From the NCBI RefSeq assembly GCF_004010195.1, contig NC_057754.1, positions 1,880,306-1,944,305 on the forward strand: DNA of 64,000 bases, given 5' to 3'. Under the pieces are notes generated by a model that worked only from the letters and a program-made list of their open reading frames with translations, had not been told where the DNA came from and did no database searches. Positions 25,291-36,310 of this stretch are shown here, piece after piece (position 1 is the stretch's first letter; every line of letters starts with the position of its first letter). Made by a program: the position numbers and the translations under genes. Source of the stretch: Chiloscyllium plagiosum. Taxonomy: Eukaryota.

Positions 25291-26693
25291 TTGTTTCACA
25301 TCAATGCTAAATACAGGCTGCTGTTACACACCACTTGGCATCACAATTCCATTTTGACTTTGCAATATTTTCTATTGTTAATCCACCTTCTTCTTACGGA
25401 TGATTGCAATGAGGGCTGGTTAGACAAAGAATTGATCTCGGACACTGCTAGGGATGCAACCCTTACTGCTGGGGGGATAGAAATACCTAATTCTCTTTCA
25501 AAGTCTTGTTTTTTCAAAATCTCCATTTCTTTCTCTCACTCTTGCTCTTTTAATCTCTCTGAATATTGAAATCAGGTATACCAAGCAAGATTAATTAAAG
25601 AAGTCCAAAAGAACAGACACAACAGTAGCTTCAATACATTCTTGGTCTCGTGTGGTTTGCATCACTCCTGGCCCTGGCTTTTCTTCTGGAAAGCACATCT
25701 TTTACCCATTCTTGAAAAATGGCTGGGCTGTTAGAAAATACAGCAAAGTACATTTTGAATTGTATTAACCTCCTTATTCGTCACATTAAAAGGCTTTTTT
25801 TTGCTGTTGGAGGTGACCACCACAGGCTCCTGCAATGCTGCTGACTTGTAGTGAGTGAAATGGTCACCAAAATTCTTGGCTGTGGAACATCCTGTCTGAG
25901 GTGAGGGCATCCTGCTCACTGACCACATGTGCTCCTTTGAGTCACCCATGCAAATCTTGCTTGCACAGGAAAGGAGGTGAGAAGCAGGTTGGCATATGAG
26001 ACAACATAACATGGGCATTGCTGGATCTGACACCATGTAAAGTATTGACCACCATACTTTAACTTCAAACTGGAAAATCTCAATCAGAGTTGTTAAATCT
26101 GAAATGTTTAACTTGGAAGGGATGTGTAATCTGATTCTGTCAGAGCTTTCAATAAGCATAAACTTAGATCCCACCTATTTTGCTGAACACCAGGCTCTGT
26201 GATAAATTAGACTTTCAATTAAAGAGCCGGCATAGATTTGGCAGACTGAATAGTCTTTATCTGTGTTGTAAAATTCTGTGTTATTCTAAATCAATGAACC
26301 TGCATTCAGTCACATATAAAGCACCTCTCACAGTTTGCACATTATAAAAACAAGCAGCCAGGATAAGCTGCAGCATAAGTTAATGTTGCCTGGAGCAGTT
26401 TGTTTAAGGCTAAATATACGTTTGTGCTGGAGAGCAACTAAAGGAAATAACCTTCAAATCTAATGTGGTAAAACAAAGCTTTGTCTGAATACTTGCAGGT
26501 CAGCATGAATCCTGATGGCATGCTTAGCTGCCAAGAAATGTTGCTTCTGTAGTATTTCTGCAGGACCAGGATTTCCCCCTGTGCTGAGTGAACATAAACA
26601 GTGGCCATTCCACCAAGACAGCAGCATCCTGTCAATCCACATGGAAGGCTACTCATCTCATTAACCATGGTTTAGCAAGCAGACACAAAGGAA

Positions 26694-27992
26694 GGAATAG
26701 TCAACATGGCTTTGTGCATGAGAAATCATGTCTCACAAACTTGATGGAGTTTTTTGAAGAAGTAACAAAGAGGATTCATGAGGGCACAGCGGTAGATGTG
26801 ATCTATATGGACTTCAGTAAGGCGTTCAACAAGGTTCCCCATGGGAGATTGATTAGCAAGGTTAGATCTCACGGCATACAAGGAGAACTAGCATTTGGAT
26901 ACAGAACTGGCTCAAAGGTAGAAGACAGAAGGTGGTCGTGGAGGGTTGTTTTTCAGACTGGAGGCCTGTGACCAGTGGAGTGCCACAAGAATCGGTGCTG
27001 GGCCCTCTACTTTTCGTCATTTATATAAAGGATTTGGATGCGAGCATAAGAGGTACAGTTAGTAAGTTTGCAGATGACACCAAAATTGGAGGTGTAGTGG
27101 ACAGCGGAGAGGGTTACCTCAGATTACCACAGGATCTTGACCAGATGGGCCAATGGGCTGAGGAGTGGCAGATGGAGTTTAATTCAGATAAATGTGAGGT
27201 GCTGCATTTTGGGAAAGCAAATCTTAGCAGGACTTATACACTTAATGGTAAGGTCCTAGGGAGTGTTGCTGAACAAAGAGACCTTGGAGTGCAGGTTCAT
27301 AGCTCCTTGAAAGTAGAGCCGCAGATAGGATAGTGAAGAAGGTGTTTGGTATGCTTTCCTATATTGGTCAGAGTATTGAGTACAGGAGTTGGGAGGTCAT
27401 GTTGCGGCTGTACAGGACATTGATGAGGCCACTGTTGGAATATTGTGTGCAATTCTGGTCTCCTTCCTATCGGAAAGATGTTGTGAAACTTGAAAAGGTT
27501 CAGAAAAGATTTACAAGGATGTTATCAGGGTTGGAGGATTTGAGCTATAGGGAGAAGCTGAACAGGCTGGGGCTGTTTTCCCTGGAGAGTCGGAGGCTGA
27601 AGGGTGACCATAGAGAGGTTTACAAAATTATGAGGGGCAAGAATAGGGTAAATAGACAAAGTCTTTTCTCTGGAGTGGGGGAGTCCAGAACTAAAGGGAC
27701 ATAGGTTTAGGGTGAGAGGGGAAAGATATAAAAGAGACCTAAGGGACAACGTTTTCACACAGAAGGTGATACGGGTATGGAATGAGTTGCCAGAGGAAGT
27801 GGTGGAGGCTGGTACAGTTGCAACATTTAAGAGGCATTTGGATGGGTATATGAATAGGAAGGGTTTGGAGGGATTTGGGCCGGTTGTTGGCAGGTGGGAC
27901 TAGATTGGGTTGGGATATCTGGTCGGCATGGACAGGTTGGACCGAAGGGTCTGTTTCCATACTGTACATCTCTATGACTTTATGACTCTATG
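26694..27992 (+). mobile_element. 5'-truncated CR1 LINE, ORF2 RT C-terminal half (frameshifted) and 3' UTR
   Basis: QHGFVHEKSCLTNLMEFF, YMDFSKAFNKVPH, SGVPQESVLGPLLFVIYI, SKFADDTKIG, LEYCVQFWSP, VWNELP; (atgactct)n-type tail. Confidence 0.95.
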
Positions 27993-28224
27993 TCAAATCA
28001 ATTATTGAAAGATTTAATAATGATGTGAATAAGGGACACGGAACATAGTTAATGTGAATGATCCTACTGGAGCCAAACGTAATGATAGATTTACAAAGAA
28101 TATATAGCATTGAACCAGGCCATTGGATCATGCTCAGTGATTATCCTGAAAGTAAGCCATTTCCAAACTCATTTTATCTTGCCTCCATCACTATATCTTT
28201 CCACCCTAATCTCCCTTGTCTTTC

Positions 28225-28549
28225 ACAGAATCCCTACAATGTGAAAACTGGCCATTCGGCACAACAAGTCCATGCTGACTCTCTGAAGGGCATCCCACCC
28301 AGACCCTTCCCCTACTTTTCCCTGCAATCCTACATTTCCCATAGCTAATGCATCTACACTTCCCTGAATACTATGGTCAATTTAGCATGGCCAGTCCATC
28401 TAACCTGTACATCTTTGGACGGTGGGAGGATACCGGAGCACCCTGCAGAAACCCACACAGGCACAGGGAGAACGTGCAAACTCCACACCGACCTGAGGTT
28501 CCTGGCACTCGGTGGCAGCAGTGCTAACCACTGAGCCACCGTGCCACCC
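28225..28549 (-). mobile_element. HE1-type V-SINE
   Basis: Minus strand: tRNA-like head ggcacggtggctcagtggttagcactgctgcc; V-domain gtgtggagtttgcacgttctccc...ccatgctaaattg; CR1-like tail. Confidence 0.9.
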
Positions 28550-30080
28550 TGTTTATGCAGTTTCCCTTTAAAAGCCTCAAAATTTTTATCTCATCCACTC
28601 CCTGTAGGAGTGAGTTCAATATTTTCCCCAGTCTCTGGATAAAGAAGTCTCTCCTGAATTCCTGTTTGGATTTACAAATGACTAAATAGCATTGATATTC
28701 CCCTCCACCTAGATTTTGGCTTGGAGTAAGAATTCTGAATGAGGTGACAGTTCTCAAGCTCTTGCCACCATTTTTTCAAAAATAAAATCTATTGGGTGTT
28801 GGGATGATTTCAATACTGTGGCGACTGACAAATGCATTTTGCATATGGGAACTTGCCTGTACCACCTTATCATGATGAAACTTGCATCTGTATTCTGAAA
28901 TGTGTGCGACCTGACATTTGTATTTCAATCAGGATCCATTACTCCACTAAAACTTTCAGGTATCAATGAATGGATCATGTCTTTATACTCTCTACTTTTC
29001 GAACAGCATCGTCAGTGGTTTTTAGCTTATAGGTATGTTAGAGCAGTTTAACGATTAACTAAGTTTGACTAAGGAAGTAAATTTTCAAAATCTTCTCAAA
29101 ACTCACTAAGTATATTTTCAGTCTTGTGGTGAACTCAAAGAAATGTACCCTTTTCAGCTTCCTGCCTGCTAAACTTTCCACTTCAGCACAAAGAGTCATG
29201 TGCTTTGAATCAAATGTCTTGATGGAAATGGTGTGTTGTGCATCAATCTAATTTTGCAGCAGCAAAATCAGTAAGCACCATTCTATAAATGGCGACGTTG
29301 CACATGAATGTAGACTGTCAGCAATATTTGGGAGATGGACTGTGATTGGTTTGAGTAGTTTTCATTTAGAACTCCATGAGTTCTAAATCCTTGGATCAGT
29401 CCTGTGTTTAGATACTGTTGTGGTAGGAGATATCATGGCTGAATGTTAAGAGCATTTATCAAATAAGCAGTTTTATATTTGTATTTGTCCAATCTGATCC
29501 AATTACTTCTTCCTTTAACCCTTTAAGATCTTCATATTAAGTTGTATACTTTCTTCAATATGGGATCAACAAACAAGTTCACTGATGGCACATAAAGTCA
29601 TTGATCTGTACAACATCAGTCTGTACACATTGCAAAATGCCAAACAATATGTGCTGAAGTCAGCCTTAACAGTCGTTCTACTCATGAAGTTTTCTTTATG
29701 GACTGGAGAAAGATTACTGAAGGTCCCTGCTTCAAATTGCTGTCCCACAACTTAGCAGTGGATATTTATGAGAAGCTGATCAGGCTTGGCTGAAATTTCA
29801 TTTGGATGAAATGTAGGAAGATAGCTGACATGGAAGAAATGTTGCTCCTTTGCAGAATGAGTAGAAAATTGGACAGGAAAGTGGGATCTGCTGCACATGG
29901 TTGGACCAAGGGCAAATATTCCATGCAGAATATACCTGAACATAACTATAATCAGAAAGAGATGAAGGTGTGATCAGGGTGGGTATTTCCTGTTTTAAGT
30001 GACAGGAGGAATCATATTACCTATGAAAACAAAAAAAACATGCAAACTAAATAAAGCAGAATATTCCAAGTAATTTGCAT

Positions 30081-30672
30081 TGTTATTCGCCAGACCAGAA
30101 CCTCTTTCAAAATATTTTTAAAAGCCTAGACCCTAACTTTTTCTTATTTTTTAAGGCAGATGTGAAGTGGATATTCCAATTGTGATGCAGCTGGTCAAAC
30201 CTTACAGCATTAAGCAAAACAGAATTTACTTAAACACTACAGTTGGAGCACGAACAAAAGAAAACAGAATTTAGAATAACTTAACTATTGGAAAACTTAA
30301 CTGACCCGAAGCAGCAACTTAGTTTAGAAGTGTTCCAATCCAGTAACATCCCATAAACGCACTCCTTGGCACAAAAGTAAATTCAAACACAGGTTCTTAC
30401 AGGCAGGAGGGAACAACTTCCAAAGAGGTTTCAGAGAGAAGAGCAATCAAGAATCATCTGCTGATGCTTGGAATCTTTCCTGGATTTCAGCATTTTGTGA
30501 CTGCTACAGCTAAACCAAACTAGAAAAAACTTGAGCTGGGAGAACTGGCCACTCCCCTGCCATTGTTAAACTAAGCTCTTTCTAGACCCCTGGGCAATTC
30601 TGATTTTATGACCTGTCTTTAAAAAAAGCCCCAAGGACAAAGCAACCTTTTTAAAGTGACAGCATCATCACA
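30081..30672. mobile_element. Solo LTR (Gypsy-like) with exact 4-bp TSD
   Basis: gcat|TGTTA...TCACA|gcat. Confidence 0.8.
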
Positions 30673-30915
30673 GCATACAAAATAAAATGTGTTAAATATT
30701 GCCTTGCTCAGCATTTGTGATTGAACTTGCTTCTTATTAAAGTTCTAATCACTTAGATTAACGTTCTGAGGACCATCCTAGTTTTATTGATAGAAGCATT
30801 TCACTGACATGAGTGTGTAACTAGCCAATGTCAAAATGAATCTGATGATCCAAATGGTAATTGTTCCGAAACCCCTGCTGTGTTTGCATCCCATTTGCCT
30901 GGCGGACTGTTATAC

Positions 30916-31482
30916 TAGGAGAAAGTGAGGACTGCAGGTCAAATGTGTGGTGCTGGAAAAGCACGGCAGGTCAGACAGCATCCGAGGAGCAGGAGAGTCG
31001 ACGTTTTGAGCATAAGCTCTTCATCAGGAATGTTGGGGAGGCCCAAGGGGCCTGAGAGATAAATGGGAGGGGGTTGGGGCTGGGGGAAGGTAGCTAGGAA
31101 TGCAATAGCTAAATGAAGGTGGGGGTGGTTATGATAGGTCAGAGTGGAGGGTGGAGCGGATAGGTAGAAAGGAAGATGGACATGTAGGGCAGTTCAAGAA
31201 GGGGTGCTGAGTTGGAGGGTTGGTTCTGGGATAAAGTGAGGGGGAGGGGAGATAAAGAAACTGGTGAAATCCCCATTGATCCCATGTGGTTGGAGGATCC
31301 CAAGCTGGAAGATGAAGCGTTCTTCCTCCAGTCGTTGGGTGGCTAGAGTCTGGCGGTGGAGGAGGCCCAGGTCTTGCATGTACTTGGTGGAGTGGGAGGG
31401 GGAGTTGAAGAGGTTGACCACAGAGCGGTGGGGTTGTTCAGTGCATGTGTCCCGGAGATGTTCTCTGAAACATTCCGCAAGT
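30916..31482 (-). mobile_element. Penelope-like element 3' fragment with hammerhead-like motif
   Basis: LFNSPSHS..DLGLLHRQTLATQRLEEERFIFQLG..QPHGIN; minus-strand CTGATGA-A-GAGC-TTAT-GCTC-AAAA-CGTC at 31000-31027. Confidence 0.88.
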
Positions 31483-32094
31483 TGGACTCTTTAAACTTCC
31501 TTGATTTCAGTAATCTTGTACTACAGGGTAACCTACAAAAGTCTCATCTTTCACATACTAGTTTACATTGGCTTCAGGGTCTCCCAAAGTATTCTGTTTT
31601 GGGTTCTTATTTCATTTCAATTCTGTTGTGACATTGTTCCTCTACTTCTTTGTTAGCTTCCTCAGGCTACATTTTGTTGCCCCTTTAAGAGAGTGGGTCA
31701 GGCGACCCAGAGACTGGAGCTCAGGGAGGCAGTGTAAAACTGATTGTGGAGCTGATAGGATGCACAGTAAAGTGTTCGCTGGGACTACCTTGTGTTCTAT
31801 CTAAGTTCTAGTGAACCACAAACATAATACCTTTGCTCTCCATGGATCCCTCCTATGTCAATCCTTTCATCTTGCCTCAGAAACCCAGGATTTCTCTTGC
31901 CCCTTTGCCTCTCACCCAAGCTCTCCCTCTTTTAGCTCCAGTTAGACGATTGAAATACCTGAAATGTTACCTCTGTCCACAGACTGAACTGCTGCGCATT
32001 TCTCTCCATTTCTGTCCTGATTTCCATTTTTGAATCATTCCTTAAAGCCCATCTCTTTGACCATGTTTTCCTCACCTTTCCTATTATCCCATTG

Positions 32095-32560
32095 TCATAA
32101 AATCATAGGAAATGGGGGCAAGTCTAAGCCATCTGGCCTTCAAAACTTACCATAATTCAATAAAATCTTATGTGACCACCTTCTTGGATACACTCAGCAA
32201 CTGAACATCACAGCCTCCTGGGGTACAAACCCTTGAATGAAGGAATGTCTCCTCACCTCAGTCCTAAATAATTGAATCCTTATTTGCAAACTGTGATTAT
32301 TAGTTTGGACTTTGAAACCAGGGAAAAACTGCCTCCCAGTATCGACCCTGTTAAGCTCTATAAATGTTTTCATGAGACAAATTTTCATTCTTCAAGGAAA
32401 TGTAGACCAGATGTACTTCATCTTTCCTATTAGGACAATACCTCATCGCATCAAATGTTCTGACAAAACATTTGTTTTATTCTTGTTAAAGTAAGTTTAT
32501 GTTTCCTTGTAGATAAGGAGACCAAAACTTAAACCAAATCTCCAACTGTGTTAGAGCATA
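32095..32560 (-). mobile_element. Decayed CR1 3' fragment
   Basis: Minus ORF 32194-32388 ...NHSLQIRIQLFRTEVRRHSFIQ. Confidence 0.65.
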
Positions 32561-33254
32561 ACTTTTTTGATTATGCCTCGGTGCCTTTGGCTGTCTATCT
32601 CAGTTAAAGGGACTTAGTTGACACAAAAGGTTGTTATGGCTGCTGTTTAATGTGTTAAGTATCTTCATGCTCATCTTTAAACAGACAGTCCTGAAAGTCA
32701 GTCTTTGCTCTTTTTCTTTCTTTCTTCGAGAATACCATTTCTTTTGTAATCCAGCAAATATTTTTCCCTTGTAAAACAATACCAACTCATATGAAGATTG
32801 TTATGACAGTTTCTGAGATTTTCTTCGGGGTGTGATACAAATAGCAGTTGTTTACCAGGCTCTGTTCATTTTGTGGCCATGCATGAAGGCCATGAGTTGC
32901 ACTATCAGCAACAGTTTATTGCATCATTTCATCAGTGGGACGTTACTGTTGAATAGTTGGAAGTAGTACGGATCTCACTCAAGGGAATAAACTTTTGCAA
33001 AGGATAAAATCACGAAATGCTACTTTTCTAGTTTGCAACAAGATTGTGCATTAGCAACTTTTGTAAAAGCCAGCATGAAGAAGAGTCACTTTAAACAATG
33101 AATTCAACCCAAAAACTAAGTGCCACCACCATCATAATTCCCTCCAATCTTTTGAAGATGAAAACAAATGTCAAAAAAGTCCATTAAAACGATCTTCTTC
33201 AGTTGAAAGTGTCCTGTATTATAAATATTGACACATTGCTGACACCCACATGTT

Positions 33255-33273
33255 TGTGTGTGTGTGTGTGTGT
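33255..33273. repeat. (TG)n microsatellite
   Basis: tgtgtgtgtgtgtgtgtg. Confidence 0.9.
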
Positions 33274-34639
33274 GAAGTGTGATCACGTCACCTTGCCATG
33301 GTTTGCCTGCCAGTAAATTATCCACTTCAGATCAACTTGTGGACGTATTTAGGTAGCAAAGTTGCCAATGCTGTCCCTCTGGCCTCTTTAAAAGTGCTTA
33401 CAGCTGCAGCGGGGGGAGCCTAGGCACTATTCTATTTTGTTACCTTGATCACCCAAGGCTCCTTACACTAATTAAGTTGAGAAAGCCACAGAATCCTGAG
33501 ACCAGAATACTTTGGAGAAATGTGTGACACCTACGCAAATTACATCATCAGATTTTGTTATTGTTGATCTCAGTGGAACTCCACACCTCTTTTTAAAAAA
33601 GGTGCATTGTGCTGTCAAAAAACAGTCACTGCTGGTGAGCTCTGTGCAAAACAATTTTTGACAAGTTGTGTTAGATAAAAATATAACAGTTATTTGTGGG
33701 ACATGTTATTGTGCAATATGTATATAAATCTCAGCCTTCAATGCTTTCAATATAGTCATTAATCAGTTTTTTTATAACTTCATTAAAATAGCACAGAAAG
33801 AAATATTGATAAAATGATAATGTGTTTTAAATTCCTCACAATAAATTTGTTTCCGAAAATCAGCCATTCAGAACTTTGTAAACTGTGAAGGTCAGGGAAT
33901 TGTTTGGCAAGGTCAGTACTGGTTCAGAAATCATCATGTGCTTCCTATTCTTCTTGGTAATCCTTAATTCTTTGCAAAGGCTAAGTCTAGCCATGCATGG
34001 CATACTGCTCCTGTATCTGAGGAAGTTCTTCAAATGTTATTGGCATATGCATGATTCATGATTCAATTCTTGCCTCGAGCGTCCAGTCTCCCACTCTTGT
34101 CGCAAGTGTTTGAGCCTTATCTTTTGTATTACTATTTAGGGCACCCTTATTATTAAGGATGGGATATTTGTGAAGCTGTCTCCTATGTTGTTTAATTGTT
34201 CCTGGAACTCACTCCCTAATGGCAGTGTGGGTATACCTACATCAAATGGACTGCAAAAGGCGACTCACTATCTCACCTTCTCAAAGGCAATTAGGGAAGG
34301 GCATTAAATGCCCCAGCTAGCGAGTCACCCATGAGTGAACAAAAGAAAACTGTAGAGCTTACATCTGAGATGTTAGCTTTATCTGCCATTTGCTCCTTGT
34401 GCTGTTAGCCATGCAACCATGTACTAACACATCTATTTTAGGTATTCCTGGTGTGTTTCCTGGCATGCCCTCCTTCACTCTTTGCAGAACCAGGTTTGAT
34501 CCCCTGGCTTGATGGTAATGGTAGATTGGAGATATACCAGGCTATGAAGTTAGGTTGTATTTGAGTGCAATTCTGCAGCTCTTGATAGCCCACAATGCCT
34601 CATTGATGCTCAGTTTTGAGTTGCTAGATCTGTTTGAAA

Positions 34640-35050
34640 TCTCTCACACAACAACCTGTGACCTTTGGTTCTTGATCTTTCCACTAATTGAAATCATTTC
34701 TCCCTATTTATTCTGTCATGACCACTTACGATTTTGAACATTTTGATCAGATTTTTTCTCTGAGAACAGTTTCATCTTCTCCTGTATATCTGCATAACTG
34801 AAGTTTCTAATCTTTGAAACCATTCTCATGAATCTTTTCTGCACACTTTCTAATGCTTGCACATCTTTCCTAAAGTGTATTTCCCAGAACTTGGCAAGAT
34901 ATTTCCGTTGTGACCAGTGTTTTGAACACTTTTAACCTAATTTCTTTGTTTGTATGCTGTGCTCCCATTTATAAAGCCCAGGATCTTCTATGTTTTATTG
35001 ACTGTTTTCTCAATCTGCTATCCCATGTGCAGATTCCTCTGTTGCTGCAC
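34640..35050 (-). mobile_element. Decayed CR1 fragment
   Basis: ccattctcatgaatcttttctgcacactttc...atctttcctaaagtg (reverse CR1 ORF2 C-terminus). Confidence 0.55.
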
Positions 35051-35312
35051 TACTTATAGATTTTGGACAACTTCCTTCCTCTTCCTTGGCTAAAGAATGC
35101 GGAAGCAAATCTGGTTGCATTAATCTGTGTCGTTTTGACTGTCATTAAATGCTGTTTTATAGTCTTTCCTCAATGTCTCTTCTGATTCGGCTTTTTGATC
35201 AGAGTTAGTTGAGCTTCACTGGTCACAAGTTGACAGGTTTAACCTGTGCCAAACAATGATCAAAGTCTAATTTATTTTCATTTAAGGGCATTGCTGGCTA
35301 AGCCAGCACTTA

Positions 35313-35682
35313 CGGAAGAACACAGGACTCCACATTGAGTTCTCCAATTTCAAATAACCTCCCTCTCCAACACCCGACTCTCTTCCCAGCTCCATCCCCT
35401 TCCATTCCTCCCATCAACCCTTCCTACTAGCCACCAACTGGATTCTTTCCTCCCATCGACCAACCAGGTTGTAACCTCTACCTGTGTGCACCTATCCCCA
35501 CCTCACCAGTCTGCCCCCCACCCCCTTTATCTGCAGCTTCCTTTCCACCCAGCCCCAGTCCTGACGAAGGTTTACACCCGAAATGTTGACTTCTCCACCT
35601 CCTGATGCTGCCTGGCTTGCTGTGTTCTTCCAGCCTCCTGTTTGCCTACCTTGGATTCTAGCATCTGCAGTTTTTTTTGTCT
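35313..35682 (+). mobile_element. Penelope 3' end/pLTR insertion with hammerhead motif and TSD
   Basis: agtc-CTGACGA-A-GGTT-TAC-ACCC-GAAA-TGTT-gact at 35557-35591; flanks ctaagccagcactta (35298-35312) and ctaaggcagcactta (35683-35697). Confidence 0.8.
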
Positions 35683-35794
35683 CTAAGGCAGCACTTATTG
35701 CCCATCACTAATTATTCTTGAAGGTGGGAATGTTCTGTTCTTTTGGTGTCGTTACATCCTCTGTGCAGTTGGGAAGGGAGTTCCAGGATTTTGA

Positions 35795-35992
35795 ATATAA
35801 ACTGAAAGGACTGCAGATGCTGTAAATCAGAAACAAAAACAGAAGTTGCTGGAAAAGCTCAACAGGTCTGGCAGCATCTGTGAAGAGAAATCGGAGTTAA
35901 TCTCAAAGTCACCGGACCCGAAATATTAACTTTGATTTCTTTTCACAGATGCTGCCAGACCTGCTGAACTTTTCCAGCAACTTCTGTTTTGG
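35795..35992. mobile_element. ORF-less hairpin element made of two inverted pLTR halves
   Basis: aaaacagaagttgctggaaaag...cttttccagcaacttctgtttt; exact 13-bp TSD tccaggattttga (35782-35794, 35993-36005). Confidence 0.85.
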
Positions 35993-36034
35993 TCCAGGAT
36001 TTTGACACAGGGATATTTAAGGAATGGCAGCACA

Positions 36035-36310
36035 TGGTGAATTGGTAAGGGACAGGGGATTGACGAGAGATTTAAGGACGAATACGTTTACCCAGAGGAT
36101 GATGAATATCTGGAACTCTCTTCCTGAAAGAGTGTTAGAGATGGTGACCATCACAATATTTACGAAGTATTTAGATGAAGACATGATGAAATATAGCATA
36201 CAAGTCTACACCAAGTGCTGGAAAACTGGATGAGAGTCGCTAGAGGTTTGATGATCTCTGCAGACTGGTGTTCTAAAGGGTCTCTTTCTGGGTTGTAAAA
36301 CTGAATGAAA
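36035..36310 (+). mobile_element. CR1 3' end fragment
   Basis: RDLRTNTFTQRMMNIWNSLPERV. Confidence 0.75.

Noticed and set aside
26588..27903. Active reverse transcriptase gene
   Set aside because: 5'-truncated CR1 broken into four ORFs by frameshifts and stops
28490..28549. tRNA gene (also 52540-52598 and 58890-58962)
   Set aside because: tRNA-derived heads of HE1-type SINEs, continuous with the V-domain; no complete cloverleaf
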